From Escherichia phage JS10, in sequence record EU863409: DNA of 64,000 bases, one strand, 5' to 3'. Under the pieces are notes generated by a model. It did no database searches. It was not told the origin of the DNA and worked only from the letters and a program-made list of their open reading frames with translations. The stretch's first letter is position 1, and the number at the start of each line of letters is the position of its first letter. Of this stretch, positions 51,797 through 62,030 are shown piece after piece. Made by a program: the position numbers and the translations under genes.

Positions 51797-52230
51797 TATT
51801 TGCCAGCCTCAAATTGTCTCATTTCATGCATGGTCTTAAGGTTAAAACCTCGCGCCTTAATAGCATCCAGTGCTGAACTACAAAAGTCCTGTAATAAGGC
51901 CCAATACTGGATTGATGTATCTATTTTAATCACGCTAGAATCTGCGGCCATTACAGTCTTTAATTCTGACTTCTCGTATTGGTCCATACAAACCTCATCA
52001 CCAGGCTCTCCACGTCCCGTGTAGAAATCTAATCGCTTCTTAAGTGAGGTCTTTTTCTGGATTTCTAATCGCATTATCTCTTTCTTACAATTCGTATACA
52101 GCCTTAGCCATTTGCTGTGCAGCAAAACATTGTTCTGTACTTCATACTGTAAACGAGTCCCATCAATCTTTAAATCTTCATCTAATGCATCTTGGAATGA
52201 TTCCAATTTATATTCAATCTCTTTACTCAT
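51796..52230 (-). CDS. uvsY: UvsY recombination mediator
   Basis: DGTRLQYE...MDQYEKSELKTV...QYWALLQDFCSSALDAIKARGF...FEAGK matches recalled T4 UvsY; start at Met 52230 with AGGAAA SD. Confidence 0.93.
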   Translation of the reverse strand: MSKEIEYKLESFQDALDEDLKIDGTRLQYEVQNNVLLHSKWLRLYTNCKKEIMRLEIQKKTSLKKRLDFYTGRGEPGDEVCMDQYEKSELKTVMAADSSVIKIDTSIQYWALLQDFCSSALDAIKARGFNLKTMHEMRQFEAGK

Positions 52231-52261
52231 CGCATGTTTCCTGTGTAATAACCATAAGACC

Positions 52262-52289
52262 ATTATACACTATTCATTTGAACAGCAAT
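52262..52289 (-). promoter_or_regulatory. candidate MotA-dependent middle promoter for uvsY
   Basis: Minus strand ATTGCTGTT (MotA-box-like) 14 nt upstream of TATAAT. Confidence 0.4.
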
Positions 52290-52678
52290 TAACCACTCTG
52301 TGAGAGCTGGATTCTAATTTGCTCTAATGTATCCGGGTCATCAACAATACTAAACTGGACGGATACTATAATAGAGTTGTCATCATAAACAGGGGTAACG
52401 CCTACGGCAAGAGCAGAAATTCTGGGTTCGAAGTTCCGCACGGCGGAAACTATATTACGCTTAATGGTATCCGTAATTAATGGGGTAATATTCTCAAATA
52501 GTTGATTACTGATATCACAACCAAATTCAGGCATAAAAGGGCGAGAACCCTTACGAGTGGTAATAATGCCTAACAAACTATTTTTTACTGCACGGGCCCC
52601 TGTAGCTTTAGCGACGTCTCTATTCCAAGACGTCCTCATTTCGGGGTCCAAATCTGAATACATTTTATCGATATTCAT
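52289..52678 (-). CDS. 25: gp25 baseplate wedge subunit
   Basis: 129 aa; YSDLDPEMRTSWNRDV...LLGIITTRKGSRPFMPEFGCD matches recalled T4 gp25. Confidence 0.95.
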   Translation of the reverse strand: MNIDKMYSDLDPEMRTSWNRDVAKATGARAVKNSLLGIITTRKGSRPFMPEFGCDISNQLFENITPLITDTIKRNIVSAVRNFEPRISALAVGVTPVYDDNSIIVSVQFSIVDDPDTLEQIRIQLSQSG

Positions 52679-53301
52679 TACATCACCTTAAAGAACTCTT
52701 TAAGTCCCTCAATAACGTGGACGGTATGCTCACCACATTCACAAGAAATAGGTATGGCCAAAATAGGCTTAGGGGCGACTAGAGCATCATAAACTTCTTT
52801 TACATCTTTTTCTGTTATCACAGAATAAAGGTCGTCTAGTTCCGCATCACTTAAATCAGAAAGAAGAAGCTTTTCACCTGCAGAAGTTAAAATATAATCG
52901 ATACATCCTGCAACCATCATAGCCCTATTTTTGTCTTCAAAGAGCTTAGGATATCTGAACACTATTTTAAAGTTGCCGAAGTCCTTAATAATATCAGGCT
53001 CTTTACCTAATGTAGCGCGGGTTAACGTCATAGGGACAACCTGGGAGCGGCCACAACTGCAAACCCACTCACGTTCTATATTCACTTCAGCTAGTGAATG
53101 GGCCCACAGGTTTATCACCAGGAGCTCAGATTCTTGCTTGTTTAAACCACGAGCATCTGTGCAATTCAAAATGAGTTCATTGATAAAGGGCTCTATTCTG
53201 TCTTCTAATTTAGCTTGGAGCAAGTCCTTATACTCTCTGAGGGTAAATGCTCTGCATTTTATGGTCTTGTTTTTAATTTTTACGTCAAAAGTATAATTCA
53301 T
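52678..53301 (-). CDS. 26: gp26 baseplate hub subunit
   Basis: 207 aa (T4 about 208) upstream of 25, divergent from 51. Confidence 0.85.
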   Translation of the reverse strand: MNYTFDVKIKNKTIKCRAFTLREYKDLLQAKLEDRIEPFINELILNCTDARGLNKQESELLVINLWAHSLAEVNIEREWVCSCGRSQVVPMTLTRATLGKEPDIIKDFGNFKIVFRYPKLFEDKNRAMMVAGCIDYILTSAGEKLLLSDLSDAELDDLYSVITEKDVKEVYDALVAPKPILAIPISCECGEHTVHVIEGLKEFFKVM

Positions 53302-53323
53302 TGTCTTCTCCTTTAAGCTTATT

Positions 53324-53331
53324 TATAAATA
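53324..53331 (+). promoter_or_regulatory. late promoter box TATAAATA (gene 51)
   Basis: Exact octamer 20 bp upstream of gp51 ATG; overlapping minus-strand octamer 53320-53327 faces gene 26. Confidence 0.55.
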
Positions 53332-53351
53332 CATCAATAAGAGGATACCCT

Positions 53352-54104
53352 ATGGCTAATATAGTACGTTGCGAAATGCCTGATGGAGTCCACCGATTTA
53401 AACCTTTTACAGTAGCTGATTATCGTGATTTTATTTTGATTCGAAATGATATGAATAATAAATCACCTGAAGAGCAAAAACAAATTTTAGATGAGTTACT
53501 GGAAGAATACTTTGGTGAGTACCCTGTGTCATGGCGCCCATACATGTTTATTGAATTGTATACGTCATCTCTCGGCAAGACCAAAATTCCTATCCGATAC
53601 ACTTGCAGTAAGTGTGAAAAGGATAGACAAGTTTTATTCAATTTGAAGCAGACCAAGTTAGTTAACCCTACAATTGAAGTGGCTGGCTTGAAATTGACAT
53701 TCAAATTCCCTGAAATAGAATATCATGATAAATCTGAATTGATTTTGAATACCCTCCAGACAGTAGAAGATGAAAATGGGGTTTATAACTGGTCAGACCT
53801 TTCTGAAGAAGACCAGTTAGCCGTAATAGATGCTATAGACTTATCTACTTTAGAGGATATAGTCAAACAAACAAGCCCTATTCATTTCGAGCTCAAATAT
53901 GGGTGCTGTAATCGTAGAACAATTACATACACTGACGTTTTAGAAGTGTTTAAACTTATAGTCAATCCGGATGAGATATTTTTATTTTACCAAATAAACC
54001 ATTTACTGGTAAAGAACAATTATTCATTAGAAAGCATTATGCAGATGATTCCAATCGAACGCGGTATTGCTTTGTCTTTGGTTGAAAAGGACCTTAAGAA
54101 ATGA
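53352..54104 (+). CDS. 51: gp51 baseplate hub assembly catalyst
   Basis: About 250 aa from Met with AAGAGGA SD (track ORF starts 53301). Confidence 0.85.
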   Translation: MANIVRCEMPDGVHRFKPFTVADYRDFILIRNDMNNKSPEEQKQILDELLEEYFGEYPVSWRPYMFIELYTSSLGKTKIPIRYTCSKCEKDRQVLFNLKQTKLVNPTIEVAGLKLTFKFPEIEYHDKSELILNTLQTVEDENGVYNWSDLSEEDQLAVIDAIDLSTLEDIVKQTSPIHFELKYGCCNRRTITYTDVLEVFKLIVNPDEIFLFYQINHLLVKNNYSLESIMQMIPIERGIALSLVEKDLKK

Positions 54105-55270
54105 GTTCAAAAACTATGCAGCGTGAAGGCTTTCCTAATATTAGTATACGCCTTTACGAAGATTATGACGCCTGGTTAGAGCATCGTTTTGTTGAACTAG
54201 GCGCGACATTTACTACCCTAACAATGCGAGATGGTCTTTATGGTAATAATGAAGGATTGCTCCAGTTTTATGATGCAAAAAACCTTCATACTAAAATGGA
54301 TGGTGAACAAATTATCCAAGTTTCTGTTAAGAATGCCAACTCGGAACGTACCCAATCAAGAATTTACGGAAGTAAACACTTTGCAGTAGGGGTGGATTCT
54401 AAGGGCGACAATATCATAACAATACAACTCGCCCCTATCCACTTTTTAGAAAATCTTAAATTCGGACGTATGTTCTTCCCTAGTGTTCAAGAAACATTAA
54501 CCGAAATGATTGGGGTTATTTATCAAGACCGACCACTCCTTGCACCTCCATTGAACGGGATAAACGTTTATGTTCCTAATGTTCCGTGGTGTGATTCTAT
54601 GGACAGATATATGGAATTTGTACGAGAAGTTGGTATGGCCGTTGAATCCGATAAATTTGTATTTGTCTGGGAAGATATAGATGGTATTTCTATCATGGAC
54701 TACGAATTTATGGTTAATCAAGAGCCTATCAATTTTGTGGTTGGTGAGCCTCGTTTAATAGGCCAATATGTCCAAGATATGGATACTCCTATTGCATTTG
54801 ATTTTGAGTGGTTAACTAAAGCCAACCAACATACCCGAAAACCGTACGAAAATGCTACAGTATATGCCCATTCGTTCCTAGATAAAAACGCCACACGAAT
54901 TACTTTTGGTGACGGGCAAAACAGTATATTGGTTTCTCGTTCAGGTGGATATTCTGATTATACCTACCGAAACGGGTTTGAAGAAGCTGATAGATTGGTT
55001 ACTATGGCCCAGTATGATGGGTACGCTCATTGCAAGGTATATGGGAACTTTGAATTAACTCCGGGTGATAAGATTAACTTCTATGACCCTAAAAACCAAT
55101 TCCAATACGATTTTTATGTAGACGAAGTTATTCATGAAGTGAGTAACAATACATCAATTACAAACCTTTATATGTTTACTAATGGTAAGCCTATTAAGAT
55201 TGAAGAGCCACCGAAGGTTAAAAATGAACTTAAAACTGATACTCCCGATCAAGAAAATAACGCTGGGTGA
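54101..55270 (+). CDS. 27: gp27 baseplate hub subunit
   Basis: 389 aa (T4 about 391). Confidence 0.9.
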   Translation: MSSKTMQREGFPNISIRLYEDYDAWLEHRFVELGATFTTLTMRDGLYGNNEGLLQFYDAKNLHTKMDGEQIIQVSVKNANSERTQSRIYGSKHFAVGVDSKGDNIITIQLAPIHFLENLKFGRMFFPSVQETLTEMIGVIYQDRPLLAPPLNGINVYVPNVPWCDSMDRYMEFVREVGMAVESDKFVFVWEDIDGISIMDYEFMVNQEPINFVVGEPRLIGQYVQDMDTPIAFDFEWLTKANQHTRKPYENATVYAHSFLDKNATRITFGDGQNSILVSRSGGYSDYTYRNGFEEADRLVTMAQYDGYAHCKVYGNFELTPGDKINFYDPKNQFQYDFYVDEVIHEVSNNTSITNLYMFTNGKPIKIEEPPKVKNELKTDTPDQENNAG

Positions 55271-55745
55271 TAAAGAGATTTCCATTCCTAAATTGGGTCT
55301 TAAACACCAAAAATTGGTTAAAGATGAAAAAGACCCTTATAAAGCTCTTCATATATTAATGAGTTCCATTTATAAGGGTTTAACTGCAGCCGAAACCGAT
55401 TTCGCTGCTCTTCATCTTTTAGAATTCAACGGACGGCTAAAAGAAAAGGTAACTAAGGATGGGTTTACGTATAACCTAAATGACCTTTATATCTGCCAAC
55501 GTCTTGAATTCCAATTCCAAGGTAAAACATTTAAATTTAAATCACATGAACCGTTCCAAACATTTGGTCCTGTTGATAGTGTATTACAATCTCTTTACCT
55601 TGGGGACGATGTACCAGATTTTCTGGATATGCCTGCCTTTGTTGCTACATGGGCCGACGATATAACTTCTACTGTAGCTATCCCTGGTCCTAATGGTCCT
55701 ATTAAAGGATTGCTTAAAATCATGGATATCTTAAATGAAGAATGA
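55224..55745 (+). CDS. 28: gp28 baseplate hub distal subunit
   Basis: About 173 aa; start uncertain (55182 or 55224), overlaps gp27 end. Confidence 0.75.
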   Translation: MNLKLILPIKKITLGDKEISIPKLGLKHQKLVKDEKDPYKALHILMSSIYKGLTAAETDFAALHLLEFNGRLKEKVTKDGFTYNLNDLYICQRLEFQFQGKTFKFKSHEPFQTFGPVDSVLQSLYLGDDVPDFLDMPAFVATWADDITSTVAIPGPNGPIKGLLKIMDILNEE

Positions 55746-57471
55746 ATCTAATCAGAATAGTTTTCGTCGCAATAAACTGATTGAAGAAATGGCTCCTCAG
55801 CGTCGTGCTGAGGCGCTAGCCCAAACCCAGAACGACGAATTAGGAAATATAACAGAAGCTTTATCAGAAACCCAGGCGGCGTCTGAATTGCTCTCTGAAG
55901 TTGTTGAAACAAAGTCTAATCAGATTATTAATTCTATAGACCGAGTAGATAAAAGTGTTCAGGATGTTGTCGCCGGAACAGAATTAACGGCTGAAGCTAT
56001 ATCAGAGCAAACCCAACAATCTAAAGCTCTTTCGGATGCATTAAACGAAAAGATTAATAAGCTTTCTAATATGTTGGAGGCTAAATTCTCTGGTATTTCT
56101 ATTCCGCCGGAAGGGAGCTCATTAAAGGTTATTGAAGACTCTATTCCAGAAGAACCTAAGGCCGAAACTCCTAAAGTCCCGGCAGTTATTGAAGATATTC
56201 TTCCGCCTGAAGATAATAAACCTGATGCTGAATTTGTACCAGAGCCTCCTAAAAATTCGGATGAAGGTAAAGAAGGTGATAAGTCTTCTCTTTCCGATAA
56301 AATCGAAGCCCTTACAAAAATAACCGAAAAAGGATTTAAAGCTTCTATAGGCGTCGCTGATAGAATTTCAGGTATGCTTTTTAAGTATACTATTACTGCT
56401 GCTGCAGAAGCCGCTAAACTGGCAGCAGGCCTGGCCCTTTTAATATTTGGTATAGATGCTATTCGCGTATACTTCCAATATTTCATGGACCAATTTAATG
56501 AAGGATGGAAAAAATTTAACGATAAGTTTAAAGAGTGGGGTCCGTTACTTGAAGGATTAATGACATGGGCCAAGAATGCTGAAGCTATGTTTAGCGAAAG
56601 AAATTGGCTAGGTCTGGCTGAAGCTATTATTCGCGGTATGGTTAATCTTACCAAAAATATGGCACAACTGCTAATGCTCGGTATTTCTAAATTGATTTCT
56701 GCTATTTTAAGTAAAATACCGGGTATGGGTGATTTGGCTGAAAACGTAGAGGCATCCGCTTTAATGTCGTATCAACAAAATACCGGAGCCACTTTAGATG
56801 ACGAAGACCAAACTAAAGTAGCCAAGTACCATGATAGACGTTCAGCTGAGGCTTTAGAAACAGCCGAGAAAATGAATAAGAAGTATAAGGGTAAACCTGA
56901 GCTTATAAACCAGGCAGAGAAATACGGTAACCTTACTAAAGAACAAGCCGACCAATTACGCGCTGGTGGAATTGACACAAGCTTCCGTAACCTCCCTGAA
57001 GAAGAACGTTTAGAGTATTTTAAGAAACGTGATAAAGCACAGGCTGATATTATTCGTTTAACTCAAACCGCCGATAATATAATGAAGCCTGATTCTAAAG
57101 ATATCGAAAATGCCAAGGCATTTAAAGCGGATATCGAGAAACAATTGGCTGACCCTATTATGGCTAAAGGTGGAGCACCTAAAGACCTTAATATCCAGCA
57201 ATTACTTGATAAGATGAATAAATCTTTAGAGAAATTTAATGAAGCTGAAAAGCCTAAACCTGCTTCTGTAGCGGAATCTCCTGAAAATACCCAGGTTAAA
57301 AAGGTTGACGAGCAAATGAGAGCAAAGGAAAATGCTAAATATAGTCAGCAAGCTCCAACTCAAATAAATCAGCAAACGAATATCAAGAAAACGAGTAAGA
57401 CTAGTTATAATTTACCACCACAGTCTTCCACTCCTGCTCCTGGTATGCGTCAAGCTACTAAAGTTAATTAG
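55735..57471 (+). CDS. 29: gp29 baseplate hub subunit / tail length determinator
   Basis: 578 aa (T4 about 590). Confidence 0.88.
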   Translation: MKNESNQNSFRRNKLIEEMAPQRRAEALAQTQNDELGNITEALSETQAASELLSEVVETKSNQIINSIDRVDKSVQDVVAGTELTAEAISEQTQQSKALSDALNEKINKLSNMLEAKFSGISIPPEGSSLKVIEDSIPEEPKAETPKVPAVIEDILPPEDNKPDAEFVPEPPKNSDEGKEGDKSSLSDKIEALTKITEKGFKASIGVADRISGMLFKYTITAAAEAAKLAAGLALLIFGIDAIRVYFQYFMDQFNEGWKKFNDKFKEWGPLLEGLMTWAKNAEAMFSERNWLGLAEAIIRGMVNLTKNMAQLLMLGISKLISAILSKIPGMGDLAENVEASALMSYQQNTGATLDDEDQTKVAKYHDRRSAEALETAEKMNKKYKGKPELINQAEKYGNLTKEQADQLRAGGIDTSFRNLPEEERLEYFKKRDKAQADIIRLTQTADNIMKPDSKDIENAKAFKADIEKQLADPIMAKGGAPKDLNIQQLLDKMNKSLEKFNEAEKPKPASVAESPENTQVKKVDEQMRAKENAKYSQQAPTQINQQTNIKKTSKTSYNLPPQSSTPAPGMRQATKVN

Positions 57472-57473
57472 GA

Positions 57474-58568
57474 TTGATAATGAAAGTAAAAGAAATTGAC
57501 ATTGACGTAGCCTCCTTATTTAAAGGAGGTTCAAAAACCTCCGCGGGCCAATCTAAAGCTAAACCAGCCCAAACTACGGTAACTGCCCAGTATCCAGCCG
57601 AAAGGGCCTCTGGCAATGATACCTCTACAGATATGGTGTTAAACGATTTATATAAAAATGGATTACTTTTTACGGCATATAATTTTAGCTCTCGCGTATC
57701 ACCTGATTTACGTAACGACCGCTCAAGCCAAATGACCAAAAAGTTTTCAAAAGCTGCAGGTAAACTTACCAGTAATACTGGAGGGTTCAGTGCTGTTAAA
57801 AACCTGTTTAGTAACAACTCTAAAGGAGTTAAATTTGATAGCCAGGCTTTAGCCAATATTTTGCTCCCTCGTTCTAAATCTGATGTTGATTCGGTTACGC
57901 ATAAATTTAATGATGTAGGCGAATCATTAATTACTAAAGGTGGTGGTACTGCTACGGGTATTTTGAGTAACGTTGCCAGTACTGCTGTATTTGGTGCATT
58001 GGAATCTGTAACTAACGGTGTAATGGCCGATTCCGGTGAGCAAATATACACAACCGCACGTAGTATGTATGCAGGACCAGATAACCGTACTAAGGTATTC
58101 ACTTGGGAAATGACCCCTAGAAACGCCCAAGACCTTATTCAGATTATTAAAATATACGAAATCTTTAATTATTATTCTTATGGTGAAACAGGCAACTCTG
58201 CCTTCGCCGGTGAATTAAAAGAGAAGATTGATACTTGGTACCGTTCCACATTTAAAAAAGAAGCTATTGATAACTTTGACGGCAAGCTATTAGGAGAAGG
58301 TATCACAAGTTTCCTTTCTAATGTTATTGTGGTAAGTAACCCAACTATTTGGTATATTCGAAACTTTGGTAATACAAGTTCATATGACGGACGTGAAGAT
58401 ATTTTCGGACCGTGCCAAATCCAAAGTATACGATTTGATAAAACTCCCGACGGACATTTTAATGGTTTGGCTATTGCTCCTAACTTACCATCCACGTTTA
58501 GTTTAGAAGTTACTTTCCGTGAAATCATTACTTTGAACCGTGGCTCACTTTATACGGAAGGATTCTAA
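57474..58568 (+). CDS. 48: gp48 baseplate tail tube cap
   Basis: 364 aa (T4 about 364). Confidence 0.9.
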   Translation: MIMKVKEIDIDVASLFKGGSKTSAGQSKAKPAQTTVTAQYPAERASGNDTSTDMVLNDLYKNGLLFTAYNFSSRVSPDLRNDRSSQMTKKFSKAAGKLTSNTGGFSAVKNLFSNNSKGVKFDSQALANILLPRSKSDVDSVTHKFNDVGESLITKGGGTATGILSNVASTAVFGALESVTNGVMADSGEQIYTTARSMYAGPDNRTKVFTWEMTPRNAQDLIQIIKIYEIFNYYSYGETGNSAFAGELKEKIDTWYRSTFKKEAIDNFDGKLLGEGITSFLSNVIVVSNPTIWYIRNFGNTSSYDGREDIFGPCQIQSIRFDKTPDGHFNGLAIAPNLPSTFSLEVTFREIITLNRGSLYTEGF

Positions 58569-59521
58569 TGTATACTTTACAAGAATTTCAAAACCAGGCA
58601 ATTAATATTGACCTACAAAGGAATAACCTGTTTAGTGTAGTATTTGCTACAGTTCCTTCTTCTAAATCCCAAGCGCTCCTCGACCAGTTCGGTGGAGCTT
58701 TATTTAACAATATCCCGTTGAATACCGATTTGTTTGGAATTACCCAAGGAGATTTAACCCAAGGTGTTACGACATTAGTGACAGCGGGCACTCAGAAGTT
58801 GATTCGTAAGTCCGGCATAAGTAAATATCTGATTGGAGCTATGTCATCCAGGGTTGTGCAGAGCTTACTAGGTGAGTTTGAAGTAGGTACATATCTGATG
58901 GATTTTTTCAATATGGCTTATCCTACGGCAGGTCTTTTAGTCCATGCCGTTAAAATTCCGGATAATACTTTGAACTATGAAATGGATTTGAACCACAACT
59001 CGCCTAATATCAAAATTACCGGAAGAGAATATTCCCCATTGGTATTAAGCTTCCGTATGGATTCTGAAGCTGCTAACTACCGTGCTTTTAATGATTGGGT
59101 CAATAGTGTCCAAGACCCTATTACACAATTAAGAGCATTGCCTGAAGATGTTGAAGCTGACATCCAAGTCAACCTTCATTCTCGTAATGGATTGCCACAT
59201 ACGGTGGTAATGCTTAATGGATGTGTTCCTGTTAGTGTTTCATCGCCGGAATTATCCTATGATGGTGATAACCAAATTGCTTCGTTTGATGTTACATTTG
59301 CTTATAGAAGTGTGCAGACGGGTGCAGTTGGTAAACAAGCTGCTTATGAATGGCTGGAAGATAAAGTCCTTAAAGGCGTAGCAGGTATAAGTGAGAGTAA
59401 CTCATTAAGTGCTTCTGTAGCTAAATTAAGCCGACTTTCAGGAGCTTCTAGTGGATTGACCGGATTGGTTAATACATTTGGTGGGCGTGCTATTAATAAT
59501 GGAATATCCAGGTTGTTATAA
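58568..59521 (+). CDS. 54: gp54 baseplate tail tube initiator
   Basis: 317 aa (T4 about 320), last gene of the 51-54 block. Confidence 0.9.
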   Translation: MYTLQEFQNQAINIDLQRNNLFSVVFATVPSSKSQALLDQFGGALFNNIPLNTDLFGITQGDLTQGVTTLVTAGTQKLIRKSGISKYLIGAMSSRVVQSLLGEFEVGTYLMDFFNMAYPTAGLLVHAVKIPDNTLNYEMDLNHNSPNIKITGREYSPLVLSFRMDSEAANYRAFNDWVNSVQDPITQLRALPEDVEADIQVNLHSRNGLPHTVVMLNGCVPVSVSSPELSYDGDNQIASFDVTFAYRSVQTGAVGKQAAYEWLEDKVLKGVAGISESNSLSASVAKLSRLSGASSGLTGLVNTFGGRAINNGISRLL

Positions 59522-59527
59522 CAAAAA

Positions 59528-59547
59528 AGGAGAGCTTACGCTCTCCT
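59528..59547. terminator. bidirectional hairpin terminator after gene 54
   Basis: AGGAGAGC-ttac-GCTCTCCT with A-run upstream and T-rich downstream; between convergent genes. Confidence 0.65.
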
Positions 59548-59555
59548 TTAGGGGT

Positions 59556-59846
59556 TTATTTACGGAACGAAATGAAACCTGCTGCGGTCATTAATGGCTG
59601 CTTTTTAACAAAGACCGTGATAGAAATAGGAGCTTCAGATTCAAGCTGACCGGTTACTACACCATTAAAGATATTTTCAGTTTGTTCAGGTTGTGAAAAA
59701 TTTTCAACCGGGCGTAAGTCGAACTGTTTGTCTTCGCCGAAAACTCGGCGTAATTCATTACCGACTGCACTGTCGAACTCTTCAGAAGCAGGGATAACGT
59801 TTTCAACTACCAGTTCTTGACCGTTAAAGCGGAATGTAGATTTCAT
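59556..59846 (-). CDS. hypothetical protein
   Basis: 96-aa ORF downstream of alt, with early-type promoter GTTTAC-N18-TACTAT at 59875-59904. Confidence 0.5.
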   Translation of the reverse strand: MKSTFRFNGQELVVENVIPASEEFDSAVGNELRRVFGEDKQFDLRPVENFSQPEQTENIFNGVVTGQLESEAPISITVFVKKQPLMTAAGFISFRK

Positions 59847-59874
59847 AATGTTCTCCTCATGTTTGTGTAAGGTA

Positions 59875-59904
59875 ATAGTACCACATCCTTGTGGTGTTGT
59901 AAAC
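59875..59904 (-). promoter_or_regulatory. early-type promoter GTTTAC-N18-TACTAT
   Basis: Minus-strand hexamers with CCACA-nnnn-TGTGG hairpin in the spacer. Confidence 0.4.
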
Positions 59905-62027
59905 TACATTTTGAATTTATTTGGTAAAGAAGAGATGTCCAAAGATGCAGCAAGGATTTCCATAGCCTCATTACTTTCTGAAACAGATTCTGAAACTAGG
60001 AATTCTTTAAACCCATTCATCAATTTAACTTCACCGGTTTCCATCAGATGGTCGCCATCGTAAACGGACTCACTGAGTTCTGAAGGAGATGTCACTGTAG
60101 CTTCCATAAGGTATTTGTGAGATACTCTATCATTCATAGCAAAAGCCGCTACTTTATCAACCTTCAACAATAATCCGCGCGGAAGGATAATTTCTGCTTC
60201 TTCAGAATATTCCGTAAGGTCACCAGGAGCGATAACTTTAACTGCTTCAGCACCTCGAATAACCATACCGATTTCAGCAATCCTGTCTGCAGGGCCTTCA
60301 GGTGCAATTGGATTACCGAACTCATCTTCTTCCCATTCTACCTCTTCATCATCAACTTCACCTACGTCAGATGAACTACCACTAGCCAATTTAAACAACT
60401 CATCGGCGGAGGATAAAGAACCTTCATCACCAACAAAAACTGCTTGGTTGTCGAGGGCCATATAATTTTTACCAAATTCGCCAAAGATGTTAGGCTTTAA
60501 TGAAGCGGACACAAAGTTCTTAAAGTAAAATGTTTTGTTATCAATATTATGGCGTAGAATTTTGTATGGTAAATCCTGGCCACGATACAAAATAGTACCC
60601 TTAGGAAGTTTAATACCCTTAGTAAATGCTGAGTCTAAATCCTTAATCAATTTAATAGCTGTTGTATTGTTTTCGGATTCAGGTTTACCTAAAAGGAATA
60701 AGTTCATAGGAGCATATTCAGCTGCACAATATTCGATAATGGCATTACTTTCGTCTTTTGTCAAGCCCTTAGGTTTAATGAGCTCGCCTGAATAAGCATA
60801 CGCATCGCCAATAGAATCGTTAATTAGTTTATAAACGGCTTCCATAGCGAAAGCAATTCGGGATGCTTTCTCTGAAGGAGACCCCTGAAAACGGGCACTC
60901 AGGTTATTAACAATTCTCTTAATAATATCCAGACTATTGGTAGTATTGATTTGAGAAAGGCCGCTTAAAAGTCTATCGACTTCCGTATTAAAAAACGCCA
61001 TATTATTAGAGTAAATTTCAAACCCTTGTTTATCTCTATTAGCATAATTTAGTTTAAATTTACTATCAGTCATTAAAGCGTGCGTGAGAGCAATGGTGTA
61101 TCTAAAGTTGGCAAGGTCCTCACTCTTAGATTTAAACTGAGAGGCCTGTCGCATTTTAGTAATAGCACCTTTTTTAAAGTTCTGGCTAATCTGCTCAATA
61201 CCTTCGTTCTCAGGGCCTTCGGCCGAGTGAACAGGTACAGAAACTTCAAACTCGTTATAAACCTGCAATTCTTTAGGTGATAAAGTTTCAGGTTCGGCAG
61301 TAGAATACTGCGCTGCTGCAGCCATACGACGGGAAATTTTAGTACGAGAGATAACGGCCTTATCGGTACGTTTCTCTTCAACCTGTGCAATAGATGCCGC
61401 TACGGCTTCGACCTTACTTACGGCCTGTCCGGTTTTCTTAGAAACATAAACTTCACCGACTTTAGACTCAACCTTGGTATAAAGGTCCGCATCAATTTCA
61501 GGCATACCCTTGATATCTTCAATATTAGTGCCACGACGTGCTAAAAGAACGTATGTATGTTTACCACTAAACTGGAACATATCATCAACAACTTTAAACT
61601 TACCACCAGTACGAGCCATAGCCAAACGAGCTAATACACGCTGAACAGTAGGACCCTTACCTTTCATTTTCTTGGTAGGGAAACGGAACAAAACTGCATC
61701 CATTTTAAGTTTACTTACTTGTTCGTATATCGTATCGAAAATAGTATTCAATGCACCAAGAGGGTCAGAACCAAGGCCACCTTTGAGTTCAGCTGGAGCA
61801 CCCTTGCTCGACAAACTCATTAAAATAACATGAACGTATTTGTCGCCAGGCTTAACCATTTTAATAGCGTCTCCTTGAGACGCATAAGATACCATACGAG
61901 CAACAAGATTATCATTACCCGGTGCTTTAATAGAGAAAATCTGTGGGATACCGGAGCCCGGCTTAAGATTTGTTACTGGATAGTTTTTAGCGGAATCACT
62001 ATCAAAAACTTCGTTTAAATTTTCCAT
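59904..62027 (-). CDS. alt: Alt-like ADP-ribosyltransferase (head-packaged), copy 1
   Basis: 707 aa; ART-type triad in order: LYRGQ, FVSASL (S-x-S), EAEIILPRG; position after gene 54 as T4 alt. Confidence 0.85.
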   Translation of the reverse strand: MENLNEVFDSDSAKNYPVTNLKPGSGIPQIFSIKAPGNDNLVARMVSYASQGDAIKMVKPGDKYVHVILMSLSSKGAPAELKGGLGSDPLGALNTIFDTIYEQVSKLKMDAVLFRFPTKKMKGKGPTVQRVLARLAMARTGGKFKVVDDMFQFSGKHTYVLLARRGTNIEDIKGMPEIDADLYTKVESKVGEVYVSKKTGQAVSKVEAVAASIAQVEEKRTDKAVISRTKISRRMAAAAQYSTAEPETLSPKELQVYNEFEVSVPVHSAEGPENEGIEQISQNFKKGAITKMRQASQFKSKSEDLANFRYTIALTHALMTDSKFKLNYANRDKQGFEIYSNNMAFFNTEVDRLLSGLSQINTTNSLDIIKRIVNNLSARFQGSPSEKASRIAFAMEAVYKLINDSIGDAYAYSGELIKPKGLTKDESNAIIEYCAAEYAPMNLFLLGKPESENNTTAIKLIKDLDSAFTKGIKLPKGTILYRGQDLPYKILRHNIDNKTFYFKNFVSASLKPNIFGEFGKNYMALDNQAVFVGDEGSLSSADELFKLASGSSSDVGEVDDEEVEWEEDEFGNPIAPEGPADRIAEIGMVIRGAEAVKVIAPGDLTEYSEEAEIILPRGLLLKVDKVAAFAMNDRVSHKYLMEATVTSPSELSESVYDGDHLMETGEVKLMNGFKEFLVSESVSESNEAMEILAASLDISSLPNKFKM

Positions 62028-62030
62028 TAT

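Noticed and set aside
51734-52292. Plus-strand ORFs of 96 and 82 aa overlapping uvsY
   Set aside because: The minus-strand frame matches UvsY; the plus-strand ORFs lack signals.
55959-56654. 231-aa minus-strand ORF antisense to gene 29
   Set aside because: Embedded in gp29 coding sequence; serine-rich low-complexity product; no promoter or SD.
57464-58102. 212-aa minus-strand ORF antisense to gene 48
   Set aside because: Entirely within gp48 coding region; antisense artefact.
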